Virus record (IMG/VR): IMGVR_UViG_3300021379_000808
Span: 1-50,602 of that record
DNA: 50,602 nt
DNA from: a virus
Taxonomy: Duplodnaviria; Caudoviricetes
Strand: one strand, 5' to 3'
The number at the start of each line of letters is the position of its first letter. The first letter of the stretch is position 1. The notes under the pieces are model-generated. The model did not search any database and had not been told where the DNA came from. It worked only from the letters and a program-made list of their open reading frames with translations. Shown one piece after another: positions 9,733 through 19,661 of the stretch. The position numbers were made by a program, and so were the translations under genes.

Positions 9733-10131
9733 TTATTTCTCAATTCTGAATGGGTATGTTGGAACTATTCGCGAGCTTCCATCTTGATTCATAATGACTT
9801 GCTTCGCGTTAGTAAGAACTTCTACAACCGGCGGAGGAACGGGTACAGGCTCACCCCTTCGGATGTAATAGCTTTTCCCATTAACACCAACAAAAACAGG
9901 GGCTTGATCCTTTTCGTCTTGATCTATGACGACAGTTATCCAGTCCTTCTTACGGCCCGGGTCTTCTTCCTTTTTTACTTTCTGATTTGATGGTGGCTCA
10001 ATTTCAACAGCGGCTTTAATACGGGTCCGCAAAGTTTCTGCGCTGGGGTTGCCTTTGATGACAATTCCCAATATGCGAGCCTGTTCTTTGAGCTGATCTA
10101 ACGATAGGTTGTAAAGGTTTACTTCTGACAT
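9733..10131 (-). CDS. Hypothetical protein downstream of capsid
   Basis: AGGAG RBS; N-terminal helix-extension-helix-like segment; VFVGVNG..Y.I.RG motif. Confidence 0.8.
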   Translation of the reverse strand: MSEVNLYNLSLDQLKEQARILGIVIKGNPSAETLRTRIKAAVEIEPPSNQKVKKEEDPGRKKDWITVVIDQDEKDQAPVFVGVNGKSYYIRRGEPVPVPPPVVEVLTNAKQVIMNQDGSSRIVPTYPFRIEK

Positions 10132-10165
10132 AAAAGTCTCCTGCGGCCATTAGGCGGCATAGTTT

Positions 10166-10191
10166 AAAAATAAGGGGGCCGAAGCCCCCTT
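10166..10191 (-). terminator. Rho-independent terminator after the capsid gene
   Basis: AAGGGGGC-TTCG-GCCCCCTT followed by ATTTTT. Confidence 0.85.
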
Positions 10192-10204
10192 TGTTTGGTT
10201 TTGC

Positions 10205-11206
10205 TTAGACTTCCTTAGCGGCTACTTCTAAGCGGCACATCCAAGCTTGGTTAGCGATGAATGACTTGTGGTAAGTCTTCCAGCCAACAATGCCTTTCTG
10301 GCCCAGAGGATCAGACTTGTCTACCTGACCGGGGTTGATGATGGTGGGTGAAATAGCTTCCGCACCCTTCAGAGCAACGTGGCCATAAGCGTCTTTGCCG
10401 ACGTAAACGACTGGGTATACATCAGCGTTAGTGCCAGATGTAGAAACAACGCCGTTTGTTGAGGCCGTACCGCCAGCGTCTTCGATAGAAGAAAGAACAG
10501 GAGTGAGGATGTAGCGTACATCTTCAACCTTGCCGATCTCATAAGGAAGAGCCTTCATTGATCCGTACTTTTCAGTAGGAACAAATCCAGTCAAGTCGCG
10601 GATGTCTGATTCCAAGTCAGTGTGTGCAAACGCAATGAACGCCGCGTCAACAGCTTCAGTGCCGTACTTGACAGAAGACGACAGCATAGAAGTTACCTTC
10701 TTAGCGCGTTGTGCCTTGAGCTGACGAGTAACAGCTCGCTGACGAGCAAGCGTAATTACGTTATCAACGTCAGTACGAGCAGTGTCGGTAGACTCCGCAT
10801 AGAACACGTTAGTGCCGCCTTGGAGAACACCCCACATCAAAGTCTCGATGGTTTCTGCGGCTTGCTCACCACACATCATCGCTGAATCCTTGAGTACAGG
10901 ATCTTCGGCCAAGTCATGAACAACGTCAGTGATTTCAACGATATCACCATACTGGCTCAGAGTGACTGTTACGTCTTCGTAGTTCATCTGAGTTGCAGTT
11001 GGCGTGGCGCCTTCTGTCAGTGGAGTTGTTGCTACCGCGAAAGGAATAGGTCGTCGGAACTTAACAACCTGCGCCTTGTTCTTGGGCATTGGCTTTGTCA
11101 TACCAAACTTTGAAAGACAAAGGATGGGCTCTGCGTGAGCGAGCATTTCTTTTGCCGCATACGCTTGGGTCCGCTGTGAAACGGAGGTATAAGTTGTCGT
11201 TGCCAT
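10205..11206 (-). CDS. Major capsid protein, N4-gp56-like family
   Basis: 333 aa; KFG...MPKNK..VKFRR, PLTEG.TP, QYG, EIGKVE.VRY and DPLGQ.G.VGWK motifs. Confidence 0.9.
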   Translation of the reverse strand: MATTTYTSVSQRTQAYAAKEMLAHAEPILCLSKFGMTKPMPKNKAQVVKFRRPIPFAVATTPLTEGATPTATQMNYEDVTVTLSQYGDIVEITDVVHDLAEDPVLKDSAMMCGEQAAETIETLMWGVLQGGTNVFYAESTDTARTDVDNVITLARQRAVTRQLKAQRAKKVTSMLSSSVKYGTEAVDAAFIAFAHTDLESDIRDLTGFVPTEKYGSMKALPYEIGKVEDVRYILTPVLSSIEDAGGTASTNGVVSTSGTNADVYPVVYVGKDAYGHVALKGAEAISPTIINPGQVDKSDPLGQKGIVGWKTYHKSFIANQAWMCRLEVAAKEV

Positions 11207-11355
11207 TGTAAAAGTCTCCTATTGAGTGTCTGATTGGCAAATTAAGGTATCAATCGACCGATCACCTACCCGATGAGGAAACCGTCGCTAGTGCGGCTTT
11301 CGCGGCGTTGCTAGGTAACGTCATTGTTTGGGTGTTAGTCATAAACTCAGACCCC

Positions 11356-12219
11356 CTACTTAGAGGCGAAGAAATCAAATGCGGCTTCGAAGTCATCTTC
11401 TGGCGGCATATTAGATCGTGACCTTCCTCCTCTTTGAGGAACGGTCTGAGCTTGTCGAAGTTGCTTCTCTCGTCGCGACTTCAATTCGTTAGATGCCTGT
11501 TGACCGGGCATCAAATCATTTTTGTAGGTCCGTAGCAGATAGGCCGCATCCCCAGCCTGCTGGCTAGTCATCATGCTCCTAATGTTTTCTGGCTGATATT
11601 GGACCCACGATTTAAAGCTTTCAGATTGCGCTATCTCGCGGTAATCTGGATGCTCCATCTCTAAAATCCTGAACTGATCCTGCACATAGCTTTCTTGCGC
11701 TTGAGCTTGTATGGGCTGAAGTTCACGCCTAATGCTTTCGATTTCAGCCTGATGCCGAGCTTGTAGCTGGGAAAATTGAGACTGAACACCTTGAGCGATG
11801 TCGGGGTAATCTTCTTGTAGCGCCTTCCACTCAGATGGCGTCATGCTATCTGTGCCGGATCTTTCTACTTGTTTTTTAAGTTTCTGAATCTCTTGTTCGT
11901 ATTCAGATACTTTCCTCTGATAGGCGTTTTGCCTGCCTAGATCAGAGTTGTACTTGTGTTGCCAGAGCTGAGCTTGATTCTCTGCCTCCCGCAACCTCTC
12001 TTCCAAAGAAAACTCGGGTTGAGGATCTTCCTCTACTTGTCCTTCCTCTACTTGCCCTTCGTCTTCTTCTTCTTCTTGCCCTTCCCGTAACTGTACATCT
12101 TCCTCTACCTCCTCGGTTTCAGATTCAAATTCAAGTTCTGGTTGGTTTTCTGCGGCTTTACCTTCCGCAAGTTCATCGAATGCGTCCTCGAAGGACTGCT
12201 CTTCAGTTTCATTGGTCAT
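11356..12219 (-). CDS. Capsid scaffolding protein (putative)
   Basis: Acidic N-terminus, coiled coil, FEAAFDFF C-terminus; lies between portal and capsid. Confidence 0.75.
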   Translation of the reverse strand: MTNETEEQSFEDAFDELAEGKAAENQPELEFESETEEVEEDVQLREGQEEEEDEGQVEEGQVEEDPQPEFSLEERLREAENQAQLWQHKYNSDLGRQNAYQRKVSEYEQEIQKLKKQVERSGTDSMTPSEWKALQEDYPDIAQGVQSQFSQLQARHQAEIESIRRELQPIQAQAQESYVQDQFRILEMEHPDYREIAQSESFKSWVQYQPENIRSMMTSQQAGDAAYLLRTYKNDLMPGQQASNELKSRREKQLRQAQTVPQRGGRSRSNMPPEDDFEAAFDFFASK

Positions 12220-12245
12220 GCCATACTCCAGCGGCCCAAAGGCGG

Positions 12246-12425
12246 CTATTGGTCAGTGTTGTCTTCAAGAAGCGCGAGCGCCTCCAGCCTTTCCAGAATG
12301 ACTAACGCTCCGCGCTGTCTCTCCGAATCTCTGTCAGCAATAAGCATCTGAACTGCATCCTGACGCTCTTGCTCAACAAACTTGAGCACCGACTTCCAAG
12401 TCAGTGAGTTAATGTCTATCGCCAT
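12246..12425 (-). CDS. Small hypothetical protein (59 aa), not in the ORF track
   Basis: MAIDINSLTWKSVLKFVEQERQ...; TAATG coupling to the portal stop; fills the gap exactly. Confidence 0.75.
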   Translation of the reverse strand: MAIDINSLTWKSVLKFVEQERQDAVQMLIADRDSERQRGALVILERLEALALLEDNTDQ

Positions 12426-14620
12426 TAGTAGCTATCAAACCCCTTCTCTAGGTTCTGCGCCCTAAGCTGTGCTGTGGTCAGCTTGATGTTCGTGTCAGCG
12501 GCGGCTTTATCCCGGTTCGTGCGATTCTTCTCAGAGTCAATTGCCATACGCGCCTGTAGCTGTCGCTCAGTCATTTCCGCCTTGGCCGCAATCTCAGCAA
12601 CCTTAATGCGCTCTTCCTGAGCCATTTCAGCCTGCTTCATCTGCTGATCCATCTGAATTTCCATCTCTTTGAGCTGGAACTGGTTGGCTTTAATCTGGGC
12701 GTCTACCTGCAACTTTTGTTGCTCAAGCTGGAACTCCGCTTGCTTCATTTGCATTTCAAACTGCGCGGCCTCCATCTCTGGGTTAGGAGCCTCAGCCATT
12801 GCCATCTCTTGCTCTTCCATCTCGGTTATTTCCGACTGCGGCTTAGTGATAAGCTCGTATGGAACCTCAAGCGACTTGGCAATCTCTTGATCCAACCCTG
12901 CCCAGTCTCGACGCTTAAACAGCTCTGGGTTTTGAGCGGAGATATTTGCGTAGATCATTAAGTTTTCTTGTTGCTTCTCACGCACTAACAGCGCCGAAGA
13001 TCCACGGGCCTCGATAGAGAAATCGCCTTTGATCGCAGGGTTTTCGCTGAACTGCATATTCCAGTCATAAAAGCGGCTAATCAGAGGGCGCGTTACATCG
13101 TCGTCCCAGTTTTTAACGGCCTTACGCAGGACAATGTTTGAGCTATTCATTAGCATCGCCATACCCGACGATGTTTTTGTGACGTGCGGCGCCATCTCAC
13201 CCTGAGCAATCAGAGGCAAGTTAGTCTCTTCATCAGCAAGCTGTCGCGCCATTGAAAAAATATTCGCAAGGTCAACCTGATGACTTGGCGTTGAGAAAGA
13301 AGCAAACGCCTCGCCTACCGATCGCGTCTTATCGCGCAGATACCAAACCTTTTTAGGCGTCATCTCCCAGCTACCGTCAGCCGGAGAGAGAAGCTCTTTG
13401 TTGACAACAAGCTGATCTGCAACCGCAAGACCCGCGTTGTCCATCATCATTCGCCAAGAGGCGTTAATAACTCGCTGTGGGTTCCGCATGAGATAGGGAA
13501 CGCCAAAACCAAAAATCGAGGACTCGTCTTTTTCCCAGTTAAAGACAGCAAAGGGACGGTCATTAGTCTCCATTGGGTTGACGGCGACCTTGATAACTTT
13601 CTCACCGGAAAAGAAAACAACCGCATCTACCTCATCATCCAACTCATCAACGTCGGTCTCATCTATTCCGCCCTCTTGCATATAGAGTGCGTCGATAAGC
13701 TCCGATTTTGAAATCGGTCCGTGATACTCCCAGATCTCGTACTTATTGCCCTCACCTACAGTGTTAATCCCCGTGATGTTGCGGATGTCGTCAATAAAGT
13801 CTTTCGCAATATGCGTGGACTTAGCAGAGCCCTTTACTAACTCCCTCACCTGACTAACCAAAACGCCGGGCAACTTCGCCATTTCGCGAAGCTGTTTCTT
13901 TGACATTCGGCGGCGCTCGAAAACAAACTCCGCCTCGTCGATTACGCGAGCAGACATATCCGGGAAAAAGTCCCAAGGGTCAATACGCTCTACTGTAGGC
14001 TCTAACGCCTCAACTACCTGAAGCATACTCATACCGTCAGGCATAATGTCCCAGCGCTTCTTGGTTCTCCCAATAATGATCGGACCCTTGATAACAGATG
14101 TGCCTAGCTGGCAGGCGTCGTGGATAACATCACGGGCCTTAATCTGGTATCGAGATTCGATAAGCTGGTCGTCAATCTCTTCCTGCATTAGCTCGGCAGA
14201 CTTTTTGGCAAGAGCCACCTGCTCACGCGCATACACCGCAGGATCATCTGGGCTTTGAGGGTTTCTTTCCGCTAATGCGTCAAGCTCAGGAACGGGTGTT
14301 GGCTGGATTGCAAAGTTGCGATCATCCGTTGGAAAAAGCATATCTTGAAGACGCGCTTCTGCCGCATTTGTCTTATTTCGCGTAATGTTGACAAAAACCT
14401 CTGAGCCTTTAGCTCTAGCCAGTCGTGAGGCCTCGTCAGCAGAGTATTCCCCGTGATACTGGCGGAGATCTTCTAGCCAGCGTTGCTCAATCTGGCTTCG
14501 CTTTGCCACCTGCTCGTGGCACAGCTTGCTTAGGCGAGATGCAAAAACGTGAAGGCGCTCCGCAATTTCTAGCTCAAGCTCTTCTGGTGTTTCCGCTTTG
14601 TAGCCCATATCGTCTTGCAT
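12425..14620 (-). CDS. Portal protein
   Basis: 731 aa directly after terL; DPWDFFPD, IFGFGVP and TSSGMAMLM motifs; C-terminal Gln-rich barrel. Confidence 0.88.
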   Translation of the reverse strand: MQDDMGYKAETPEELELEIAERLHVFASRLSKLCHEQVAKRSQIEQRWLEDLRQYHGEYSADEASRLARAKGSEVFVNITRNKTNAAEARLQDMLFPTDDRNFAIQPTPVPELDALAERNPQSPDDPAVYAREQVALAKKSAELMQEEIDDQLIESRYQIKARDVIHDACQLGTSVIKGPIIIGRTKKRWDIMPDGMSMLQVVEALEPTVERIDPWDFFPDMSARVIDEAEFVFERRRMSKKQLREMAKLPGVLVSQVRELVKGSAKSTHIAKDFIDDIRNITGINTVGEGNKYEIWEYHGPISKSELIDALYMQEGGIDETDVDELDDEVDAVVFFSGEKVIKVAVNPMETNDRPFAVFNWEKDESSIFGFGVPYLMRNPQRVINASWRMMMDNAGLAVADQLVVNKELLSPADGSWEMTPKKVWYLRDKTRSVGEAFASFSTPSHQVDLANIFSMARQLADEETNLPLIAQGEMAPHVTKTSSGMAMLMNSSNIVLRKAVKNWDDDVTRPLISRFYDWNMQFSENPAIKGDFSIEARGSSALLVREKQQENLMIYANISAQNPELFKRRDWAGLDQEIAKSLEVPYELITKPQSEITEMEEQEMAMAEAPNPEMEAAQFEMQMKQAEFQLEQQKLQVDAQIKANQFQLKEMEIQMDQQMKQAEMAQEERIKVAEIAAKAEMTERQLQARMAIDSEKNRTNRDKAAADTNIKLTTAQLRAQNLEKGFDSY

Positions 14621-14631
14621 ATGACTTCCCT

Positions 14632-16152
14632 TTAGTAACCAGCCACCTTGTCAACAATTGACAATGATGTCGGCATATCAAACTCATCTTTGATTAGTGG
14701 CTCAGCAAACGTAAGTGCCAACGCATCGGCGCAATCCGTAGATCGCATCCCACGCTTCTTAATATCGTCCTTACTTTCTAGCTTTCGTCTTTGGTTCGAG
14801 TCGTACTTGTACTGCGGTGCGACAAGATCCGTATGTAGGTCGTCCCGGTCTGGGATCATTACTGGCATATCACCGTCTAGCCAGTCTCTGAGCTCCCACC
14901 ACATCTCGGCTCGACGATTGACAAACTTCTTTGGGTCAAGAGCCGCGCTCCCGAAGTTGATTCCAACAACCACATTCCCGTGGCCAAGTTCTTCGAGGCG
15001 GTCAACAACGCCAGCACCCAGACCACCAACGTCAATGGCAACCTGATCCGGTTGCTCGTCTTTGATGATGCTGTGGACAATGCCAGCGACTTCCATAGTT
15101 GACAGTTTTTCGTAGACCTCTAGGTCATACACTGCCCGGCCTTTGCGGCGAACTATTGCTGTCCTATCGTCACCAAATCTTGCGGGGTCCACACCAATAA
15201 TTAGTGGGCCTATCGCTAATACCTTGCCCCTTCTAGCCTGCATTACTAGCTCAGGCCTAATCAGGCTATGACCGCCAGAGACTTGGAACGCCTCTTGAGC
15301 CGTCATTGGGTACTCTTGCCTAAATGCCACAAGCCCGTCAGTGCCATCGGCAGAAAGCTCTGCAATCTTTGCTCTGCGAAACGCCAACTGCTCATCGTCA
15401 AGGCTATAAAGCTCTACTAACTTCTCCTCTTCAGGAGTACGCTTCAGCCCAAGACCAAACTTCCGATACTCTTCCTGCCAGTACCAAGGCACGAATATCG
15501 CTTGGAAGCCACCTTCCCCCGCCTCAGCCTTCAGCCATTGCTGGTAAAAATAATTACCAATTCCGTTAGCAGTGGACTCCAGAATGATCTCTGTGTCCTC
15601 TTCATCGGGCACAGCCTGCAAAATGCCTTTTGCGTGTTCTGCCGCATTAGGCCAGTAGGCAACTTCAGATCCGTGAAAATACTGGATCGTTGATCCTCGC
15701 CCTACCGACTTGTTTCCCGCCGTCCCTACTTTGTAGCCAGAGTCCAGCTCATCAAAGGCCAGCTCTTTTGCGTTAGATGCGCCAGTAGAAGGCTTTACAA
15801 ACAGAGGCGCTTCTTTGTGGTAGCGCTCCACCATCTCAAAGAGCGATGATGTTGAGTCAGCCTCGTGCGTTAAAATAAACGCCCTGACGCCAACTCTATG
15901 CGTTACCTTCCAGTAGTACCGAGCCTCTGTGTAGGTCGATACACCTTGCTGTCTGCCTTTAAGGACAATCGCCCTTACCCTTCCGGTTTTTTCTTTCTGT
16001 TCCTGTATACAGGCGTGTATATACTTTTGCGCCTTGTTCATCTCAAACGTCTTTACCTCACCAGACTTAGATCTGATGTAAAGACAGTTTCTAGCGTAAA
16101 AGTCGAAGTCTTCCTTTAACCGCAGTCGGGTTATTTCAAGCTCTTTAGCCAT
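14632..16152 (-). CDS. terL: Terminase large subunit
   Basis: LKGRQQGVST Walker A, HGSEVAYW Walker B, ESTANG, GVDPARFGDD and D.ADALALTF nuclease motifs. Confidence 0.95.
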   Translation of the reverse strand: MAKELEITRLRLKEDFDFYARNCLYIRSKSGEVKTFEMNKAQKYIHACIQEQKEKTGRVRAIVLKGRQQGVSTYTEARYYWKVTHRVGVRAFILTHEADSTSSLFEMVERYHKEAPLFVKPSTGASNAKELAFDELDSGYKVGTAGNKSVGRGSTIQYFHGSEVAYWPNAAEHAKGILQAVPDEEDTEIILESTANGIGNYFYQQWLKAEAGEGGFQAIFVPWYWQEEYRKFGLGLKRTPEEEKLVELYSLDDEQLAFRRAKIAELSADGTDGLVAFRQEYPMTAQEAFQVSGGHSLIRPELVMQARRGKVLAIGPLIIGVDPARFGDDRTAIVRRKGRAVYDLEVYEKLSTMEVAGIVHSIIKDEQPDQVAIDVGGLGAGVVDRLEELGHGNVVVGINFGSAALDPKKFVNRRAEMWWELRDWLDGDMPVMIPDRDDLHTDLVAPQYKYDSNQRRKLESKDDIKKRGMRSTDCADALALTFAEPLIKDEFDMPTSLSIVDKVAGY

Positions 16153-16415
16153 TCTTCGTGCGACAATTCCGTAACTGCCGCCTTGACTTCGGTAGTAGAG
16201 AGACGGGAATGAATATAGGGCGCGGCGGCTTTAGCGGCCTCAATCCTGTCTTTCTTCTCTTCGTTTGGGTTTTGATAAATAGACGCTAAATACTCAAGAG
16301 GCGAAAGCTTACCGTCAGCGGTAACCTTCGCAATCTGCGATGCAGACGCCTTGTTAGAACTACCCTTCGGGCGTCCACGCCTTTTTGGTGGTACGTTCTT
16401 TTTTTCTTCAGTCAT
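16131..16415 (-). CDS. terS: Terminase small subunit (putative)
   Basis: GRPKGS.NK and AAKAAAPYIH.RL motifs; immediately upstream of terL. Confidence 0.75.
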   Translation of the reverse strand: MTEEKKNVPPKRRGRPKGSSNKASASQIAKVTADGKLSPLEYLASIYQNPNEEKKDRIEAAKAAAPYIHSRLSTTEVKAAVTELSHEEWLKSLK

Positions 16416-17623
16416 CAGAATAGTTTTAGCTGGTTATCCAGAACGAGGTCTGTCTTCCTGCTGATCCTTTCAATATCGTCTGGTAGCGCTTCTGTGTTAG
16501 TAATGATCGCCTCAAGCATCTGCTTAACCTGAACATCGTCATAGTTAGACAGCTTGCCGACTAGCGACTTAACCGCAGTAAGCTCCGACTTGGTTGCAAT
16601 AGCTGATAAGTCCGGCGGAGGGATTCTCGTAATCTCATCGCGAACCTCAATGATCGAATCAGTAATTGACTCAATCTCTGTCTGTAACGTCTCAACCTGC
16701 GCTCTGATTGACGCAATATCCTGCGTATTGTCCGGTATAGACAGACCGGCAATCCTATCTAGTATCTCTGAGCTCTCAGGAGCCCGTGAGGCGCCGATAG
16801 CCTCCAATATGGGGTCTAGGTCTATGCTTGGTATATCGTCTCTCTGAGCGCCATTTACGGCGTTGTAGAGATTGTCGAGTTTGTTGCTCAATGCGCGTAT
16901 GGCGTCTGAGTAATCCTTCTGCTTGATCGCCTTCTTGAGATGTCGTGGCGCCGCATCCCAAATAGTCGATGGAGCAGGGAACGCAGGTATCGAAGCCTGC
17001 ACAGTGCGCTTGATGTCCTTCTCCGACAATGATCCGGCAATATCTGCCGCAACGCGACCATCATCACCAAACGTAAATCGACCGGCAACTTCATCCGCAA
17101 TTTCTGTGGAGTCTACGTCTACAGTCCCAATCTCAGCCGCCGTGGCCGAAGCAATGCCCGCCGTTGTCATCGAAGGCTCTGCAAACTGAGTAGCAACCGC
17201 CGCCGCTAACTGGTTGTAATCAATGGTGACGTTACTCTTAATGCCAAGGGCAGATACCGTCGCAGGGTATACCGGCGATCCATCCGTAAAGAAATACGGC
17301 GTAGCGTAATCATCTGAATACAAGATCCCCGTTACCGCAACAATGCGAGGGTCGTATATCAGCTTCCAGTTGTTAATTAAAAAGTAAGTGTCGCCAGTCT
17401 GACCCCCGGGAATCGGATCAAGGCCAGTAAATCGCATTGCAAAGTAATAACGCTCGTTATCACCTCGCTCAACCCACCTAACCCAAGCCGAGTAAACGTC
17501 ATCGCGTATGTCTAACTGTGTGACACCATCGTTGACGTGTATCTCTCTGGTTGCGCCGTTGAAGTTGACCTTTTCATCGGCCAGCCATTCTTCACCGTGG
17601 CTGACCCAGAGAGACAGCGCCAT
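16415..17623 (-). CDS. Hypothetical protein (N-terminal globular domain plus coiled coil)
   Basis: 402-aa ORF tightly coupled within the operon. Confidence 0.8.
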   Translation of the reverse strand: MALSLWVSHGEEWLADEKVNFNGATREIHVNDGVTQLDIRDDVYSAWVRWVERGDNERYYFAMRFTGLDPIPGGQTGDTYFLINNWKLIYDPRIVAVTGILYSDDYATPYFFTDGSPVYPATVSALGIKSNVTIDYNQLAAAVATQFAEPSMTTAGIASATAAEIGTVDVDSTEIADEVAGRFTFGDDGRVAADIAGSLSEKDIKRTVQASIPAFPAPSTIWDAAPRHLKKAIKQKDYSDAIRALSNKLDNLYNAVNGAQRDDIPSIDLDPILEAIGASRAPESSEILDRIAGLSIPDNTQDIASIRAQVETLQTEIESITDSIIEVRDEITRIPPPDLSAIATKSELTAVKSLVGKLSNYDDVQVKQMLEAIITNTEALPDDIERISRKTDLVLDNQLKLF

Positions 17624-19642
17624 TTACTGGACAATCTCTTTCCAGCCCACATTTATCATAAGCTTCACGTCGCTCGTAAATGCTGTGCGGGTCTTGGCAA
17701 AAAAGCTCCAAACAACGCGAGATCCACGGAAGCCCTTTAGCGTTGCTGTGCCTGTAAATGCGCCAAACGCACTGGAATCAACAGCAGTGGCAAGGTCAAT
17801 GCTCCCATCTGGGTTTAATCCGGTGTAAAGCTCCGCCGTCGTTGTGCTTGTTGGCTTGATGTAATACGTGCCGTTGTAACTAGCGTTAGTAGAACCAAAG
17901 ATTTCCACCTTGCCAGCGTATGCACTTGTGTTAAACGGGAACGTAACAGACTGTGGTTCGCGCAGGTTAAGCAAGCCTGATACCGTAATTTCCGCTGTTG
18001 CCGCCGCTGTAATTCCGGTGATTGTGTTTTCTTTTGTGCCGCCATCGTCAGAGAAGTTCTTAACAGCACCGGCTTGGAAGTTGTTATAAGTGTCAGTTAG
18101 CTCAGCGCTGTATTTGCCCTTAAACATATCCTGAAGTACGACCTTGCCCGACTCGTAGCTAGTTCCAGCCGTTGACACTTCAAGCGTCGTTGTAGGAATC
18201 AGCGAAAAGTCGTGCCCCGAATGAACGCTATTAATTTCTGCTTTAAGGTCAATGATTGCATCGGGATAGCCCGATACATTGTCAAACGCATAGGCCGAAA
18301 TACTTGTAGGCGTATAAAGCGTATGGTTTACATCGCCGTTGGGTAGAAGCTCTTCTGGGCTTAGGCTGAATAGGTATTGCCAGTCATCGCTAATGTTTGC
18401 CGTAATAGTTTCGTGAGCGCTGGCGTATGTTGCTGGCTGACCAAATGTTCGAAGGTCAATGTTATTTTCAGTCCAGACAGAAGCCGACCACGTTTCTAAG
18501 AACAGCGTAGAGTTAGTTGCCGCAGTAGACTTGACTGACCAACAAACACTTAACGATGCCGTCTGGCTCATAGCGTATTGATAGTTGTTGCCGTGATAGT
18601 ACGAATGGCAGACAACGCGCTGACCATCTACATAAGTACCAAAGCGCAATCGACCTGATCCGTGCCACTGAATATCAATCCACCAGATGTTAGAGTTTTC
18701 TAAATCAATGACCGCCTGACTGTCGCCTGTACCGTCTAGCTTGTCACCGTTCCAGTCGGAGCGAGGAATCTTGAGATCCTTCACGGGTGCCTCTGGAATG
18801 CTAGAGCGGATTACCACGCTAAAGCCGGTGTCATCTGTAGCGTCTACGCCACCAGTGCCTACTTGAAAGAAAAAGCCGTTGTTGGCGTCAAACATACCCC
18901 ACCTTCTAGTAGAGCCTGTAGCCGCCGGACTGTTAAGGCGACAAGTTGCCGCATACAAGTGCGAGCTTCCTGCAACGTAGTGGTGATACGTGTTTGTTGC
19001 GTTGGACGCAAAGCCATCTGCCGCAACAAACTCAGAATCAAGATGGTTAATACCAATTGAAACAGATTTTCGGGTGTCGCTATAGGTAACGTATCCGCCT
19101 GACAACTGACTTGCCGAAAAGTTATTTGTTAGCACGTTTTCTTGACTAAATACATACTGGCCCAAAGGTGTAGCGCCAGACGTTCGCAACTTGCCCCACG
19201 CATCCAGCTGAGGTAGGCCTTCAGCAAACCGCACGTTAGCTGAGCCGGTAATGTCTACATCCATACCGTACTCAGGGTTGTCATAACCCATAATGTTGTT
19301 TGCGGTGATATAAACGTCGTAAGCATCAACAACAGCACCAGCAACTGTTGTTCCGTCTGGATCAATGATGTCCTGACCAGCAATGGGAACTACTTCGTCG
19401 TACTTGTCCTGCTTTGAGTAATGAACACTCAAGTGCCCAGTTACGCCATCGCCTTGAACGCCGTGAACGTGGACCATCATTGTAGGGCCGCCGTTACCGC
19501 TAATGGTGTACATTTTGCCTATCTTCCAGTTTGCAGAACCATATCCGCCTGAAAACTGCACCTCGGCAGTATGCACCATATGTATTCGGTCGCCGGTGGC
19601 CCGAGGTGGAACCTGCGTAAACCGCTTATCGTTTGCCGCCAT
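17624..19642 (-). CDS. Large hypothetical beta-rich, possibly lectin-like virion protein
   Basis: 672 aa; QVPP..TG, DAWGKLRTS, WNGDKLDGTG and QWHGSGRLRFG motifs. Confidence 0.75.
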   Translation of the reverse strand: MAANDKRFTQVPPRATGDRIHMVHTAEVQFSGGYGSANWKIGKMYTISGNGGPTMMVHVHGVQGDGVTGHLSVHYSKQDKYDEVVPIAGQDIIDPDGTTVAGAVVDAYDVYITANNIMGYDNPEYGMDVDITGSANVRFAEGLPQLDAWGKLRTSGATPLGQYVFSQENVLTNNFSASQLSGGYVTYSDTRKSVSIGINHLDSEFVAADGFASNATNTYHHYVAGSSHLYAATCRLNSPAATGSTRRWGMFDANNGFFFQVGTGGVDATDDTGFSVVIRSSIPEAPVKDLKIPRSDWNGDKLDGTGDSQAVIDLENSNIWWIDIQWHGSGRLRFGTYVDGQRVVCHSYYHGNNYQYAMSQTASLSVCWSVKSTAATNSTLFLETWSASVWTENNIDLRTFGQPATYASAHETITANISDDWQYLFSLSPEELLPNGDVNHTLYTPTSISAYAFDNVSGYPDAIIDLKAEINSVHSGHDFSLIPTTTLEVSTAGTSYESGKVVLQDMFKGKYSAELTDTYNNFQAGAVKNFSDDGGTKENTITGITAAATAEITVSGLLNLREPQSVTFPFNTSAYAGKVEIFGSTNASYNGTYYIKPTSTTTAELYTGLNPDGSIDLATAVDSSAFGAFTGTATLKGFRGSRVVWSFFAKTRTAFTSDVKLMINVGWKEIVQ

Positions 19643-19661
19643 ATTAAATAGCCCTTAGTTT

